In this document: positions 61,616-64,000 of the stretch, one piece after another | Layout: the number at the start of each line of letters is the position of its first letter | Numbering within the stretch: the stretch's first letter is position 1 | NCBI GenBank assembly: GCA_963663035.1 | Contig: OY760074.1 | Span: 2,912,001 to 2,976,000, forward strand | Length of the DNA stretch: 64,000 nt | Source of the DNA: Acidobacteriota bacterium | GTDB taxonomy: Bacteria > Acidobacteriota > UBA6911 > RPQK01 > JADFOI01 | Direction of reading: 5' to 3' | Notes under the pieces: generated by a model | What the model was told of the DNA's origin: nothing | The model's database searches: none | What the model saw: the letters and a program-made list of their open reading frames with translations, nothing else | Translations under genes and position numbers: made by a program

Positions 61616-62662
61616 TTACTCAGTAGCACCTGCTTCTGTGAGTAGCTGAGCCACTTCAACATGGTCTTTGCTGGTTGCCCACTTTAAGGCTGTCCAGCCA
61701 TCGACGTCCTGGGTATTCACGCTGGCCCTTTTGTCCAGCAGAACTTGAACCAGATCGGTATGACCTCCCATGGCGGCCCATGTCAGCGCCGTCTTCTCGG
61801 TGTTACCCAGAGCATTGATGTCTGCGCCTTTCGATAACAGCAGTCCTACCGTCTCAATGTGGCCATTCTCGGAGGCACGGATCAAGGCTGTTCGGTTGGC
61901 CTTGTCTCTTGAACCTATGGCTGCACCTTGATCAAGCAAGACCTGTACGCTTCTCGAATGGCCATTCTGGGCAGCACGTATTAAAGCGTTTTGTCCGTCA
62001 TCAGGGGAGGCGTGGATGCTCGCATCCTTTTCCAGCAGTAGTTGAACGACTTCGGCATGCCCATTTTCAGCCGCATAGAGTAATGCCGTGCCATTATCAT
62101 AGTCTCTGGCATCCACTTCTGCACCACCGTCGAGCAGAAGCTGAGCTACATCGGTGTGGTTCTTCTCTGCCGCATAGGTCAATGCGGTCCGCTTTGTCAC
62201 GTCCTGGACGTTCACGTCAACAGCTTCTTCAAGGAGCAGCTCTATGATCTCAACAATTCCGTTCTCCGCGGCGAAACTCAGGGAGGTACGCCCGCTCGAA
62301 GCTTGCCCGTCTGGGTCGGCACCTGCATCAAAAAGTAATCGCCATGCTTCTCGATGTCCCTCCTTGGCCGCATAGAGCAGGGCGCTAAAGCCATCACGGT
62401 CTTTCTCCCTGACCTCGGCCCCCTTGTCCAGCAACAGGCGCACGATCTCAGGGTCTCCTTTCTCGGCCGCTAACATCAAAATGGTCTTGCGGTTTCCCAG
62501 CCCAAGATTCACGTCCGCTCCCTCCTCAAGGAGGGCTTCGAAGGTCGAGACATCACCCCCCTCCACTGCCCCGATCAACTCTCCTTCCGTGTCCCCACCG
62601 CAGCTCATCAATAGAGCCAGGTGCGTGACAGCCAATAAAGACAAAATTCGTCTCAATCGCAT
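61616..62662 (-). CDS. Ankyrin-repeat lipoprotein
   Basis: Lipobox LMSC and about nine ankyrin repeats (TALxxAAxxGH..LLxxGADVN). Start set at ATG 62662. Confidence 0.92.
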   Translation of the reverse strand: MRLRRILSLLAVTHLALLMSCGGDTEGELIGAVEGGDVSTFEALLEEGADVNLGLGNRKTILMLAAEKGDPEIVRLLLDKGAEVREKDRDGFSALLYAAKEGHREAWRLLFDAGADPDGQASSGRTSLSFAAENGIVEIIELLLEEAVDVNVQDVTKRTALTYAAEKNHTDVAQLLLDGGAEVDARDYDNGTALLYAAENGHAEVVQLLLEKDASIHASPDDGQNALIRAAQNGHSRSVQVLLDQGAAIGSRDKANRTALIRASENGHIETVGLLLSKGADINALGNTEKTALTWAAMGGHTDLVQVLLDKRASVNTQDVDGWTALKWATSKDHVEVAQLLTEAGATE

Positions 62663-62877
62663 AATTCCCCCCCCCTTTTTGTTATTGAGATTGAGGTCCG
62701 TTAGATGACCCGGAAATAACCAAAACAGCCATCTGGCCACTGGAAGCCTCCCGAAGGTCAATTCTCTTCTGACTGTGAGTCGATTACCCCTAGGTTAGCA
62801 CTGGAGCCAACAGATTCCTACCCATTTCTCCATTTGTGAGTCGAAATCTGTGATTGGTGATTGGTGAGAGGCAGCTC

Positions 62878-63327
62878 TTACGCTTTTTCGCTCTCGAGGC
62901 GAAAGACCGGGTGCCGCTCACTGATGCCCTGGAAGGCCTCCTGATCCGAGCCAGCCGGCACGGTGAAATATCGCTGCACCGTCGTCCGGTAGCGCTCCAG
63001 GTACTCCTTCAGCAGAACCGGTCTTTCAGGCGCTGACAGTTCCTTCACCAGAAAATGTTCACGCCGGAAACCTTTCTTGAGCCACACTTCACCCGCAGCC
63101 CGAGCATTTCGAACCCAGTGGGCCTCGCCCCGCGGCGCCACAAGATACCTTTCCCCATCGACAGACAGGAGGTTGACGGGCGTCGAGTACAGCCGTCCTG
63201 TCTTTCGTCCACGTACCTGAAGCAGGTAGTTATGAGAAAGACCAAGACCCAGCCCCACCAAGAATCCGAAAACCCGGTTAACCAGCCGCTCAATCGCACT
63301 CGGCTTCTGGAAGGAAGACACGCTCAT
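62878..63327 (-). CDS. Deazaflavin-dependent nitroreductase-like (DDN family) protein
   Basis: LQVRGRKTGRLYSTPV, WVRNARAAG and HPVFRL. Confidence 0.8.
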   Translation of the reverse strand: MSVSSFQKPSAIERLVNRVFGFLVGLGLGLSHNYLLQVRGRKTGRLYSTPVNLLSVDGERYLVAPRGEAHWVRNARAAGEVWLKKGFRREHFLVKELSAPERPVLLKEYLERYRTTVQRYFTVPAGSDQEAFQGISERHPVFRLESEKA

Positions 63328-63472
63328 GGCACCCTCTTTAGCAAAGGAATTTCGGAGGGCATCAATTCTAGCACGCATGAAGAACCCACTACAGCCAATT
63401 CATTTGTGAGATACTATCTTCGGTCAAATTCTACCTATTTCGACTGGTGACTCAGATGGGAGGAACGAGAAG

Positions 63473-63925
63473 ATGAGCTACCACAACTCTTTTATCTTGG
63501 CACTTCTGCTCTGTCTCTTGTCCAGTAGCTTACCAGCAGCACCTCAGTCGTCCCAGGATCTGAATCTCGATGAAGAAGCATCCTTAGATGGCACAGCCTG
63601 GAGGAGCATCACAGAAATAGGTCAGGAAAGGGCAGAAATCGCCAAGCAATACTACCTGAAGGGACTGCTTGAAGGCTTACAAATGGGCCTTGCCTTCACT
63701 TCAGAAGAGGGTTTAAAACAAGTCTATTACTTTGATACCAGCAGAGAGCATTTAGTGACAGCGCTTGACCAGTTCTACCAGGATTACAGAAATGAACAGA
63801 TCCCTGCAATCCAGGCTCTACAGATCATAGCGATGGAACTCAGAGGCGACACAGAGGAAGAGATAGATTCAGAATTGAGAAGAATGAGAAGAGGAGTCGC
63901 AGATATCCTGAAGAGAGAGGAGTAA
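63473..63925 (+). CDS. Hypothetical exported protein
   Basis: SD GGAGG, signal peptide, YLKGLLEG..LDQFYQDYRN helical domain. Confidence 0.7.
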   Translation: MSYHNSFILALLLCLLSSSLPAAPQSSQDLNLDEEASLDGTAWRSITEIGQERAEIAKQYYLKGLLEGLQMGLAFTSEEGLKQVYYFDTSREHLVTALDQFYQDYRNEQIPAIQALQIIAMELRGDTEEEIDSELRRMRRGVADILKREE

Positions 63926-64000
63926 TTTGTGATCTTACTTCTTCTTACTCGCCTGCTTGAGCAAGTCGACAACTTCTCTGTGCCCGTTCCTTGACGCCAC

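Noticed and set aside
61616-62662. Ankyrin and TPR lipoproteins as proof of a symbiotic lifestyle
   Set aside because: Such proteins are also common in free-living bacteria; two genes are not sufficient evidence.

Overview
The window is 64 kb of bacterial chromosome, most likely Acidobacteriota. That assignment is inferred from the SpoIVB-S55/beta-propeller pair, the MIGKTISHY-type Ser/Thr kinases and the tetraether-synthase-like radical SAM gene. Housekeeping genes include smc, purC, groES/groEL with CIRCE, cysS, moaA, gdh, tRNA-Gly and tRNA-Cys. Accessory content includes a hydroxycinnamate (ferulate-type) catabolic cluster, a csoR-copZ-copA copper operon, a TetR-TolC-HlyD-ABC exporter operon, one IS481 and two inverted IS1380 copies, and several pseudogenes. 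The main unexplained signal is a family of ten 126-256 bp intergenic elements, plus one truncated copy, that fold into long rods. They show compensatory changes and G-U pairs on one strand only, and share a conserved inner core while carrying three different kinds of ends; one kind matches the resident IS1380 termini and CTAG-like target. Other highlights are a rhodanese with UGA at the catalytic Cys and a SECIS-like hairpin (likely selenoprotein), a kinase-5'-end direct repeat bracketing a 5.4 kb island at tRNA-Cys, and a candidate sigma54 sRNA split by IS1380. All calls come from reading the sequence; no database searches or folding programs were run.
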